Of a DNA stretch of 64,000 nucleotides, positions 26,491 through 39,535 are shown in pieces. Numbering within the stretch: position 1 is the stretch's first letter; every line of letters starts with the position of its first letter. The notes under the pieces were generated by a model. That model ran no database searches. It had not been told where the DNA came from and saw nothing but the letters and a program-made list of their open reading frames with translations. The translations under genes were made by a program, and so were the position numbers. Source of the DNA: Eledone cirrhosa (lineage: Eukaryota); assembly GCA_964016885.1 (NCBI GenBank), contig OZ024743.1:144770001-144834000 (forward strand), in the 5' to 3' direction.

Positions 26491-28364
26491 CAAGTGGATA
26501 GGAATAGTTATAAGTGAAAAGAATGAAGACTTAGTATACATTTCAGTAGTACTCAAGTGCTCAGGGTGATAGAGAAAGAGATGTGGTTGCTCAACCTAAC
26601 AAACTTATGCCAGTTAGGTTGAAAGACCATGATCCAACTGCATATAGAACCAAATCCATATCTTGAGGCTTCAAAATCAATATGTTAAGCTGAAATCAAC
26701 AAACAACAATTGGATATGGATGTGTGTCATGTTCTGAGATGAGAAAAGTCAAATGATGATGTCTTGTTCATACATTCCATTTTGGCATGGTTTCTACAGC
26801 TGGATGCCCTTCCTAATGCCAACCACTTTGCAGTGTGTACAAGGTGCATTTTATCCTGACACCCACACTACCACTTTACCACTTTTTATCATGGTACCAG
26901 CACTAGGGAGGGATGGGGGATGCTATGTCCTAGAGCAGCAGTGTTTAAAAAGTGAAAGGGTGAGAAGAGTGACAATTATGTGTGTATGACAAGTTTGACA
27001 AGAGATGGCAGGTGTGGGCGTGATCAAGGATATGGGGAGAGGGTGTACATTGAAAGAGGCAGAGGTGAGAGCGATCATGGACAGAGGTGGTGAGGTAGAG
27101 TTTGAATAAGTCAGGACAAGCCATCACATTTGCACATAAAATGTGTTAACTGAAGAAGGATGGTAGCAGATGCAAAAGCAGAAATAGAGAGGTATCTTGT
27201 TTTATAGGCGAGTCTTGTCCAGTCCTATTCATTGCCAGTCATCACTGATGTGAGGTTGTTTCCTTTGGTTGGCTTTCACTACTTCATCCCATGCTTTCCT
27301 AGGTCTACCTCTTCCACAAGTCCCATCTACTGAAATTTCTTTTTACTTTATATAGCTGTCATCTGCCATCACATGTCCTTACCAGTGCAGTCTTCTTTCT
27401 TGCACACTACATCGGATTCCTCTTCCACCAAGATTTTCTTTCACCAATTCATAATATCAATGATGCCAGTTCTTTTGCATACATCAGCCAATCTATAATA
27501 AATTGATTGGAGAACTGCGAGACAGTGTCCTATTTATTTTTTCACAACACGTTATTAAAATAAGTTGGATTACTTTGAATAAATCATGAATGAATATGTA
27601 TTTTATCTACTAAATTTCTTAGCTCTTGATTAAACATAAAAAAATCTTATATATAACGTATTGCTTATTTTAAGATTCACTTTTGTTAAAATGTTCATCA
27701 ACTTCCGTTAGCGTTCGTTATATCATAACACTTCGTCATATGCTATATTTTCATTGCTATATCATAAGGCTTATATATCATTATATGTTTCCATCGTTCT
27801 ATCATAATGTTTATATTTCCGATGCTAATCTCATTTTTTTTCTTTTAACATACATTTATTTTTAAGATTTCACCATAGGGATATCTATTTCTCATTTTCC
27901 GTTTTAACGTGCCATATCTATATGCGCATATAATTTCAATATGCACACTACATATGCTAGCAGAAAACTGCCCAAATGTCAACTTCCATTAGCATTCATT
28001 ATATCATTTTCATAACATTTCGTCGTAATGCCATTTATATATATCATCTTTTTTAAATGTATCATGGATTAATTTCCTGATTACAGAAGAAAGTATAACA
28101 CAGTCTTTGTTCAATGTCTGTGTTTATTGTCAATTACAATTTTATTCACAGTAGTGTAAATACCGTTATAAATGCAGTTTTATTTTACTGCATGCATTAC
28201 AAACATGAAAAATAGAAAAAAGGAAAAAGAAAAAAACACACACAAGCAGGTAATACACACATCTAGGACCATATACAACAAAAGACAGGTGAAGAGGGTG
28301 GACAAACAAACTGCTGCCAGAACAAAAGATAACAACATCACGAAGAGCACTGGAAAACCTCTCT

Positions 28365-28497
28365 AATAATTTTTTAGGCAAGCCAGCATGCTCCCAGTGT
28401 TACCTCGGGTGATGGTGAGACTAATACGCTGGAACAGCCAAGTGCCTTCACGAGCATCACCAGTTATCTTGGTTAGGCGAGCCGCCAGTGAAGACAA
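28365..28497 (-). mobile_element. CRE-like non-LTR retrotransposon C-terminal fragment
   Basis: Manual translation LAARLTKITGDAREGTWLFQRISLTITRGNTGSMLACL resembles the QR(I/L)S.A(I/V)QRGNA terminus of CRE restriction-like endonuclease elements. Confidence 0.6.
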
Positions 28498-30529
28498 TTT
28501 ACTTTTCAATTTACGTATATCTATCAACAGTCATTCCAGACCTCATTCGCTTAAATAGTGGGGTGGAGCTCGTCAAATCAGACCAAGGAAACAATGTTTC
28601 CATTGGTCTTTCCAATTGCTAATACTATCAGTCAGTTGCAAATCCAGACAGAAGGAGCAACATGAAATAAAGTGTCTTGCTCAAGGATATAACACATCGC
28701 CTAGTCTGGGAATCAAAATCACTACCTCGCGATTGTGAATCCAATTCTCTAACCACCCAGTCACACGCCTTTACAAATCATATCTATATGCATATATATT
28801 TGATTATAATATCAATATGCACACTACATATGCTAGCCGAAAACTACCCAGCGGGTGTTTTTTCTGCTAGTGTCTTTAATATTCAATCGCTTTCTTAACA
28901 TTTCCTATCCTTTAAATTATAAATATCTCATTCTTCTCTGTACTTTTTAGTTAGGTTTCATTGCCATATAACCACCCACTGTTCATTCAGAGATAGAGAA
29001 AAATCATTTGTTTTCAATATAAATAATTTTCCAAATTGTTTTCTAACTCCAGCTACATATATTTCAGTAGCACCACTTCGGATGCTAATTATATCTATAT
29101 ATTTTAGTGAGACAACATTAAAGTTAAGCCTGTTACTATGCATTTGATGCCTCTAAAACTTCAATTCCTTGACAGACTCCTTTCATTCTAACTTAGCATT
29201 TGTACTGACTACAAGGTATTTTCCCCACCTATACCATAATCTACTTCTATTGCTGTTGGACATTGTCACCCCTACTAACTATTCTATCTGGTTGATCTAC
29301 ATCAATATTCACACAATTCTATACAGTAAAATTATCTATTTATTTCCATCTTGCTCTAACTCCAGTCAAATTTCTTTAAGTACCACCACATCCATTAGAG
29401 AATTCAATGAAATCTCATAAAATCTTTGTATCCTTTTAACCAACTCAGAAGTTTTCCAACATATTGAATACAAAAATTCCTTGATGTTACATAACTATAA
29501 AGATTTCTACCACTGTCTAATATTTGGACAAGTCTTTCAACTTGAACTTATATTTCTTATGAATACAGAAAGTCTAATAAACATTCAGTTTTGAATCAAA
29601 GTTTCAGTTGAAAGAAGTGATTTAATGGCAGCGCCATCAAAATTTTCATGTTTGTTATTAATTCTATTCTTATTTTCCCAAACACCTATTTCTATCACAT
29701 CATAAACAAATCTTGTATAATTTCTAGACAATAGTTTTCACTTCAAATACTGAAATATAGTATCTATGTTTTCTAGCTTGATAAAATCTAAACTGCACTT
29801 TAATCTCTACACAGTCCCAGCCTATTCATCTCTTTAAAACCTTTAATGTACTGTACTAGATGAAATCACATTAGCAAGTCATTTATAAAAAGTACAAAAC
29901 AATACTATGACTGCATCACATTAAATATTCAAGTCTTTAGTTTACAGCAAATTTTCACAATGTTCTGTCCACTAGTAAACATTTGAATTGATAAACCAAT
30001 TTTCCATTATTTTCTGCTAAACCATTACAAGATGTTAAGTGTTAAATCAATAATTTTGAATGCTATTGTTTCCTTGTTATTGCACACTAGCCTTGAATTT
30101 GAAGAGAATAAGAATACCAGCATGCCAATCTTTAAGGATAATGTACTATTATGGGATGGGTTATTACACAATTTCTGTAATAAAGACCATAGCTCTTGCA
30201 AGTTATTTTGTTGTAGATTACTTTAATTGCCATCTTCTTAACATGCATAACAGCCATTGAAGTTGGTTTATTAAAAACAAACCATTTGTTCTATAGAGAC
30301 ACACTGCTATTAAACCTACAGCACCACAGGTATAATTTTCCATAACACCTTGTTTTGCTATATTTAACACTTTATGACTATCCATTCTTGAATAATTAAA
30401 ATTACACTTGATATTATTATATTATTCCTACTCATTTTATCAACTCACATGGATTCCAATTTTATTTATTTTATTGATTCATTTAAAAAAATATGTTTAT
30501 TTCAATTCAACACCAGACTAATTCATATT

Positions 30530-31530
30530 AAGTAAAACGTAAGTGAATGGCTTGTGGGAGTCAAAGTAAGACTTGGAAATGAGTAGTGACAAATTTGGAG
30601 TGTAGGTGGGGATCCATCATGATTCAGCACTTAATCCCTTTTTGTTTATATGATAATGATTTAGTCTTTATAGCTAAATCTGTAGAAGAGTTAGAAGGAA
30701 AATTCCATACATAGAAGCAAAACCTAGAATTGAAAGGCCTAAAAATAAACTAAAGTCTTCAGTAGGAAAAAAAAGACAGGATTAATACTGACAGGGAAAT
30801 GGCTTTACTCGCTATGCTAAAAAAGGGCAGACAAAAATTCAATAAGGGGCACAGTGCAATCTACGAACACAAGAGATGTAGTGGAGAAAATAGACTGTGT
30901 ATGTGATTGATGTACAGGAGAAATAAACACTAAGAGCACACATGAAACACATGAAACAGATTCCTTCAAGAGCTCAGACAGTTCATTAGATGTATACTGC
31001 TTCTGTTACCATGGTGGTCTATTCAGCAGTGGAGAAGAATGCATAGAGAGCATAGTAGCTAAAGTAAGAACAGACTGTAAGAAGCTTAAGATGCTTGTAC
31101 CTCTACCAACAACAAAGGGCTTCTTTCTCAGAATAAGATAGACTGTATGATGCTAGTGCATTTGTGTGAACTGTGATGCTTCATACCAATGAGATATTGA
31201 CCTCGATTGCAGAAGATCTGCAAAGGCTAGAAAGAAATATGTATGCTCTAGTGGATGTGTAATGCTAGTGTGCACGAACAACATAATATAAATGAGCTGA
31301 GAGAAAAACTCAGTATAAGGGGAATCCATTCTAGTGTGCAAGAGAGAAAACTGTTCTAGCATGGACATGTGATATATACATAAGATGAGTTGTATGAAAG
31401 GCAGAGAATGAAGTAGACATGGGATCAACAGGTGAAGACTGACCATAGGAAACTGAACTTTATGACAGAGATAGCAAAGTACTGCACTGATTTAGTGATA
31501 CAGTAGAGCTTGTGAATACCTGCCTACCAA
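30530..31530 (+). mobile_element. Old RTE LINE 3' fragment
   Basis: Degenerate GIHH.SAL.P.LF, DDLV.IA.S.EEL and RLYDA motifs. Confidence 0.7.
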
Positions 31531-31537
31531 TATTTAA

Positions 31538-31712
31538 CCCTTTTAAACCGGCCGAATTTACCTCTTTCTGTTCAAACTGGCTGCTCATACTGATGTTAAG
31601 GTATTGATCTCAAAATAAATCACACCAAAATCTCAGATTTGATATTATGTGAGGTAAAGCCTTTACTATGAAAATATAATAGTAAATATAGAGTAATGTA
31701 AATGCTAAAGGG
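31538..31712. mobile_element. Short piggyBac-type MITE related to the copies at 11216 and 21674
   Basis: TTAA-CCCTTT start, ATGCTAAAGGG end, shared AAACCGGCCGA motif. Confidence 0.55.
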
Positions 31713-33189
31713 TGAAACAAGACACCTAATACACTCCCATTGATCTCTCCATTTCAGCTATAGTATCTACTCCATCTTTATACAACTCACCACCACCTAA
31801 CACATCATCTGTGCTGCAACAATTTAATGGATATGAGCAAGCCTATTTATACCTGCTTTCTCCACTATCAACCTTTAGTAACTATTCTCATCAGCACTGT
31901 CTCCACTCTATCCTACATTACTGTGCTGCAACCATATAGTGGATATGGCCTCTGACCCATCCATACTTATCCCCAATAGCATTGCTCCAGCATAATTATT
32001 TTCATCATCCCTGATCCCTCCACACTATCCTACATTACACCCACCCCCTTTCTCCCTCACATCATCCTATTATATCCCACCATACTTGCCATACATCTAT
32101 GACATCGTAATTGCCATCCTTATTACTCCCACTTCTATTCTCACCTCACTAAGCATGTCTGCCTTGAAACAAGACATCATGCCCTCTTTATCCTCTTCCC
32201 CCACAGGATACTGACATGGCCTCAAGCCATCTCTATCCTCTTCCCACCATAGGATAGAGAAGGTTCTTCAGACAAGTCAATGACCAAGAAATACCCTAGT
32301 GCTGGCATCACAATATAATCTGTAAAGTGGTTGGTATTTAGAAAGGGTATCCAGCTATAGAAACCAAAACAAAATGTATGTAAATAAGATGTAGGCCCTT
32401 CTTTGCTCCAATTAAATCCCGACTTGGCCTGTGACGACACCTCCAACTATCACAGCATAGAAAAAACACGTTAAATAATGATAAAGCTGTTACTTTATCA
32501 GTTATCCATCTTACATACACTGCATACATTGTTTTGTGATTGAATAATTTTGTGAAAATTACTACCAAATATAGCAGCAACATTTGAAGCAATCTTTACT
32601 GGGGTTGCTAATTCTAAAGTACATGAGGTTTTGAAAAATATCCTCCACAGATCTCTGCTACACTTTTGTATCATTGTATCATGAATGTCAATTTGCTACT
32701 CGGTGAACTGTTTAATGAATGCATGGGGCAGACGTGGAATCCACAAGCCATAGTGAAGGGAACCTGTTTAGGAGGGCAGTGACTGACGTAAAAACAACTG
32801 CACGGAGCAGACGTGGGCTCCGTAAGCCGCAGTGAAGGCTACCTGTCTAGGAGAGTAGACACTCCAAATAAAAACTGATACAGGGTGGAGAGGACTCTTG
32901 AGTCTGGTAAGACAATCTTTCTAGTGATGGTGGCATGAACAATGAACCCAGTCCATGCTGTAAAGTGGCTGGTGATAGGAAGGGTATCCACCCAAAATTA
33001 TGAAAAGCATGACCAATACGATTTCTACTAGTTGTGAACACAGGGCTAACACTAGTCATGTTAGTGCTGCACACAGTAGTCGGGGTAGCTAGAGTAGCCG
33101 TGTGTGAGAACCCCTCCACCGTCACCAAGCAATTGCACAATCACTTTCAGGTAGATAAAACCTCTAACCAAAGAAGTAACAACAACAAT

Positions 33190-36075
33190 CAAGGTACAAA
33201 TCTCAGGACTACAACCCTCAATGTTGGCACCCTGAAAGGCAGATCAGGTGAAATTGTGGAACTGTTAGAGAGAAGAGGAGTAGAAGTATGTGTACAAGAA
33301 GTGAGATGGAGGAGTGCCTCAGTGAGACTAATCACAGGCAAGCAACTTAGATATAAACTCTACTGGGTAGGAAATGATAATAGGGTAGGAGGTGTAGGCA
33401 TCCTACTAGCTGAGAAATAGATAGATAAGGTGATAAAGGTAGTTAGAGTAAGTGACAGAATCATCAAGCTTAGATTAACTGTAGGAAATAGACTGGTGAC
33501 AATCACATCCACCTACTGGGTAAAAAACAAAAGGACAGGTTCTATGAGGAACAGACAACTTTAGGTATTGAGAAAAGAGACCTCATCATCCTGGCAGGAG
33601 ACTTTAATGGACATGTGGGGCAGTACCAGGATGGATTCAGTGAAGTTCATGAGGGCTATGGCTACGGCTCAAGGAATGACGAGAGGCTGAGACTCCTAGA
33701 ATTCTGTGATGCAAATGAACTAACTATCTGTAACACAAATTTCAGGAAACCAGCCAACCACAGATTGCACATCAATCTGGAGAACAGACAAGTCAAATTG
33801 ATTACTTACTTGTTTTAAATAACAAGACAAACAGACTGTAACAAATACTAAGGCCTTCTCTGGGGAAGAATGTGCTGCGCAGCACAAGTTAGTTATTATT
33901 GACATTAAAATAAACAAATGACAGAACAAAGCAAGAAAATATGGAGACAGAGGGTGTGGAAGCTAAAGGACCGCTTGGTTAAATATAGGTTTAGAAAGAC
34001 CCTTCAGGTTGCACTTGAGAGGGATGACGAGCTAGATACATACAACATAGAGGACAAACTGGAAATTACAAGACAACCTTTTGCGAACTACTGACAAGAT
34101 TTGTGGCTGGAGTAAAGTGACGGCCAGACAGGGTGACCTGGTCGAACAGCACAGTAGATGCAGCCATTAAAGCCAAGAGACAGGTATGGAAAGACTGAAA
34201 AAATGGGGATAGCAGAGACTGGTACCAAGTGGCTAAGAAAGAAGCTAGGTGACAGATATACACAGCTCAGAGAGTGGCTGAAGAAAGTAAATTTGTCATT
34301 GTCTTGAGACGTGAGGATCAGTGGCATTAAGTGTTCCGTATTGCAAGGCAGTATGTTAGCATGAATCGAAATGTCGTTAGGGGAAAATGTGTTAGAAATG
34401 ATGCTGGTGCACTTAACATCACTGATGCCCAGAAGAAAGAGGCCTGGAAATATTACTATGAGAGATTAATGAATGTAAAGAATGAATGGGAGGAAGAGAA
34501 ACTACCCCTAACTTACCCAAAGGAAGAACCAGCTATTGAAGTTGATAGTTTTAGGATCAAAGACATAATCAAGGAGATGAAAAATGGTAAAGCTGCAGGA
34601 CCATCAGAGATAGCTGCTGAGATGCTAAAAACAGTGGGAGAGGTATAAGTCAAAATAGTAACATGTATAGTAAATCAAGTAATACATGACAGAGTCATAC
34701 CCAATGATTTGCGCAGCAGTACAATCATAAATTGTTACAAGGGCAAAGGTAATGCTCTAGAAAGGAGCAACTATAGAGGAATAAAACTAATGGACCAAGT
34801 TATGAAAGTGACCAAAAGACTTGCAGCACAGCTAATTAAGGAAAGAGTCAAAATAGATGAGATGCAGTTTGGTTTCATGCCTGGGAAAAGTACTACAGAT
34901 GCTTTCTTCTTAGCAAGAGAAATTCCTAGCTAAAAATAAACCACTATATTTAGCTTCTGTTGATCTAGAAGGCCTTTGACAGAGTACCTATTATCTGGTA
35001 GTCCTTAAGGAAATTAGGTGTAGAAGAATGGCTTGTGAGAGCAGTGCAAAATATGTACAGAGGAGCTATCAGTAAAATGAGTAGGAAATGAGTTATCAAG
35101 GAATTCAAGGTACAGGAAAGAGTTCAGGAAAGTTCAGTTCTTAGCCCACTGCTGTCCACATAGTTCTTCAGGCCATAACAGAAGAGTTTACAACAGGCTG
35201 CCCATGGGAACTTTTCTATGTAGATGATTTGGTCCTTATAGTTAAAACCAAAACAGAGCTAGAAAATAAATTCTAATTATGGAAACTGAATTTGGAATCA
35301 AAAGCCTGAGAGTAAACTTAGCCAAAACTAAAGTGCTAGTGAGACTAGACCCAGATTCCCTCAGGGTAGTGACCATGCTCGATATGCAGAAAAAGAGTAG
35401 ACATAAACTCCATACATCATCATCAAAATATTGGGTACACAAAAGATGCTGTAGGATAACGAGTAGACTAACAGGAAGGGAGAACTTTGCTAGTAGAAGA
35501 TGCACAGGAGAAATTGAGAGGAAGAGTGTTAATGATATAAACCTTTTCCAATCACAGGAAGGATCCATAGATGTGGTTGATAGCTTATGCTATAGGTGAC
35601 GTAATTAGCGGCGAAGGAGGGTGCACCAAGAGTATAATAACTAGAATAAGAATAGGATAGAAGAAGTTTAGAGAACTGCTCCCATCAACACAAAAGGTTT
35701 CTCCCTTTGGACAAAAAAATACTGTATGACGCCTGTGTGTGGTGTGTAATGCTGCACGGTAGTGAAACATGGGCTATGACCGCAGAGGACATACGTAGAC
35801 TGGAGAGAAATGAAGCAACCATATTTCATTGGATGTGCAATGTAAATGTGAGAGAAAAGCAGAGCTTGGACGAGCTGTGAGAGAAACTAGGCTTAAAGGG
35901 AATCCAAGATAGTGAGCAGGAGAGAAGACTGCATTGGTCTGGACGTGATGCAGATGGACAATGACCAATGGGGGAAGAAATGCCAGGAAATCCCAGTGGA
36001 AGGAAGCTGCAACAGAAAGAAAGACCTGGGCAGAGTTTGCGAGAGCAGACTTGCTAAGACTGGCAGAGATGACAT
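33190..36075 (+). mobile_element. Near full-length but decayed RTE LINE (endonuclease and RT)
   Basis: LNVGTLKGRSGEIVE..QEVRW, AGDFNGHVG, NYRGIKLMDQ, QFGFMPGKSTTDA and LHGSETW occur in order across broken frames. Confidence 0.92.
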
Positions 36076-37751
36076 TCTAGCTAGATGATACTGTTCTTTG
36101 CTTCTACTTTTCCATTTTTCCAGACTTGACTTAGTTTTTAAGGCTTTATTTACTGTATTATTCCTCCACCATGTTACTTCCTGTCTGGTTGGAACATTTC
36201 CCCATCCACAGATCTGGTTTGTGGCTGACAATAAGTTGTCTATATATTATAAGCCTCTACTTTTTCCTCATCCTCCTCATTATCATACATGTCAACTTGT
36301 TAGTTATCTATTCTGTTTCCATACAATTAAAACAATTTATCTAGCTAGTGTGTTTATCTGATTGGTAGGTGATTTGATGCAAATGATTACGCCATGTGTC
36401 ATGGAATTTCAAGACTATTGATCCATCCTCATACCATATTCGTAGTCTCCACGTATGCTCGAGTAGCAATCATGATGTAGCCCAATATGTCTATCAAGGT
36501 CACAGTTGTGATAACATTTAGACAATTGGGTGAAGCAATTCTTTTTTTTAATCGTCTATGAATGGAAGAAGGAGCAGTGTCCTTGGTGTTCACAAGGTCT
36601 CTAAGACTGTTGAGACATGCCATTTATGATCTTTAACTGTAACAAATTGCCAGCTACAGGAAGGATATGTGCAGAGAAGGAATTCTAGTAGGCTGACATT
36701 CTGAAGAGGATGGACATGGTGTAGCAGTTAGTGCAGGGCCTAGGGAGGTTGGATATAACATGAGTGAATTGAGGAGGGGAGACGATTGAGTTGAGAGTGC
36801 TAGAGCCGAGGGGACAAAAAAACAGCCAATTCTGAGGAACAAAGATTATTTTAGGAATGATAAAAAAGGTAGCAACAGAAGAAAGCATGTTTGTAGGTTA
36901 GCGGCTAAAACATTTCTGTGAATGACTTAATGCCAACCAAGCAAGTGGCTTTTACCTGGATGAAGTCTATTTTAAATAACACCTTTAATTTTTTTCATTT
37001 CATGTAAAGACAGCTCTATCTTCTTCAGAGTACAAGCTACAGTAGGCTTTATCTCCAAAAGTTTAATGGTTGTTGTTATTGATTAGTCCCAAGTGGTGAT
37101 TAAGCAGGTTCATAATCAAAATTATTCCAGTTATGACTATCTTATCTTTTATTCAGACAGTGTATCTAAAGCTAGATATACTTTTCTTCCTTTTTTGTGG
37201 TAGAGTGGTGTGATTTCAGGAATATTTAACTGCTATTCCTAGCAGGTTGAGTAACTACATAGAGGCTACATCAGTGACTCATATACTGTGGTAAGGAAGT
37301 AGTTTAGAAAAGGAGTACCAGAAAGGTGTAGTAATGGGGAGAATTAGTGTTGTTCATGAGCAGGAAAACAAGGAGATAGGCGGATAGGGGTGTCATAAAT
37401 ATCCAAAAGTGAAACACCCACAATTGTAGCAATGTTAAAATAGAGAGAAACACAATTTAATAGTAGAGGGTTAGTGGTTGTACAATATTGATTTTTAATT
37501 TAGGTATAAGGCCAGCAAATTTGTGGAAAGGCAAAGTTGGTATAATCAATCAATGTACTTGACTAGTACTTTATTTTATCGACCTCAGCGACATTTCAAC
37601 TCAAAATGTAAAGAGCTCAAGTTTTTTTGTATTTATTCTCTTAACCTCCTTAAGTGTTAGTTCCATATGTGCAATTAAAGTTTTTGATCGTACTTATGAC
37701 TGCCATGGTTTGGGAATAAATGTTAAAATGATAAGTTGAAAGATAACTTAC

Positions 37752-37803
37752 ATATTTCAGACACATGGATAATTAACTTCGACAAGAGATCCAAATATTC
37801 ATC
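37752..37803 (-). CDS. MED15: MED15 coding exon 3, 52 nt (DEYLDLLSKLIIHVSEI + 1 nt)
   Basis: TTGCAG acceptor and GTAAGT donor. Matches KIX helix 3 (DEYLSLVARLIIH). Phase 0 in, phase 1 out. Confidence 0.93.
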
Positions 37804-38485
37804 CTGCAAGTAAAATAGCAAATGTCAATCGAAGAACATTTATAGTATATACGTGTATATAAGTTTGTGTTTATAATAGTCTTGGACACTCACATAAGTC
37901 ACATGTTGCTTTTTGTAAATACTTTTTGTGATTGCACTCAATATAATATAATAAAACATACACCCCAACCCACTACCCCTACTCCATCCTCCCACTCCCG
38001 CCAACACCCCCCTTTCTCTATAAAATTTTGTTGGTACCACAACATCCAGTCCAAACTAATGAGATTGTGTAGGTGTCATGACAAAAAACACACAGTCCAC
38101 GCTGTAATGTGGCCGTGTAGGTAACACGGTAAAAAGTTCCCAGTACACACTGTAAATGTGGTTGGTGTTAGGAGGGGCATCCAGCCGTAGAAAACCTGTC
38201 AGATAGTCCTATACGAGCGAGACACGGTCACCTGACCAATCTTGCCTCAAGTGGGACAACTCCCATTTAACCCATGCTAGCATAGAAGATAGACATTAAA
38301 CGATGATGATGATTTAGTTGAAATAATCTGTTTAACTGGTGCTTTCCTTGACTGACAATATATGTAGCATCTAATAGGCATTAGGATTAAAAACAGCCAA
38401 TACAAAACTGTCCATACAAGTGGAAGGTTTGTAAATGAGATGCATTTCCATAAGCCCCTTTGTGAAAGAATTTAATTCTTCATAA

Positions 38486-39162
38486 CCTGATAAAACCAGG
38501 GTGTTTTAGGGGCTCCGTCAGCCTAGAGGAGGAGGTGGGGCTCTCAGAGCACCCCCACCACCCACTAATACTATGACAATGAAAGTTGGCACATGTATAG
38601 ACATTAATAGGCAAACATTTCTGTATTATAAAAATGTTGCTGACATCATCATTTTTCTGATGAAGTCATCCTTTGTACCCAGAGGCACTAAAATTTACTA
38701 ACTTTTATAGTCTACAACATTTTTCCAGAATCTCTTAGGCTATGACAATGAAAATTTGCAGGGATATAGGTAGTTTGTGTTCCTTCTCTTTGCCTTGAAA
38801 CAACAACAAACTAAAAAAAATTGCACAAGGGATAAAAAATTGTTGCCATGATAAGCATGTGGTTGCAATGCAACACAAAACCCATACATTAGATTGATAA
38901 TGTGGTTTGGTGATATTGTTTTGGTGACAAAGGCTGTATAATCAAATTTTGTAACAAGAAAAATCGAATATCATCATTTTTTACCACCTGTTCAACTCCT
39001 TGTTGCCAAGCAAATAGGGAAATTTTTTTCAAAATCAGTTATGTGAGCATTTAATAGGATAAATTCTAGGAAAAGTCACCAAATTTAGGAGAAAAATCTG
39101 CATCTTTCAAAAGTTATGCCAAAAAAACAAGAGGAGCTCTGAGAGCCCAAGGAATAATAGGG
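38486..39162. mobile_element. Non-autonomous TTAA-type DNA transposon
   Basis: Ends in AGGG-TTAA. Subterminal inverted motif GGGCTCTCAGAGC at about 38538 versus GCTCTGAGAGCCC at about 39136. Confidence 0.5.
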
Positions 39163-39409
39163 TTAAGTAGGGCTTTTTGTTTTTGCATGTGATGCCACCG
39201 TCATCATCGTTTAACATCCATTTTCCATGCTAACATGGGTTAGACAGGTTGTTTCATTTGAGGCAAGTTGGGTCAGGTGTCTTACTCATATATTTGTTTA
39301 TATGCATGTATTAGTGAATGCTGCTAGACAAATTACGATCAGTTTTCATTCTCATTTCTTTTTTTAGTAAAAGACTGCAAATTATCTATAAATAATATAT
39401 GATAGGTTG

Positions 39410-39480
39410 TGTTAAAGTATATAAAATTCTATCAGATGCAATCACAGCTTGCATCTGATAGAATTTTATATACTTTAACA
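39410..39480. repeat. Perfect inverted repeat with 32-bp arms and a 7-nt loop
   Basis: TGTTAAAGTATATAAAATTCTATCAGATGCAA-TCACAGC-exact reverse complement. Confidence 0.95.
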
Positions 39481-39535
39481 AATAACTGTCCAAAAACAGA
39501 GAAAGCATACAATTTTATTGGAATAGCTTTGTAAT

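Noticed and set aside
17320-38680. Other CTGATGA occurrences (about 17355, 24311, 31830, 38657) as hammerheads
   Set aside because: No stem II followed by GAAA and no flanking stem I complementarity.
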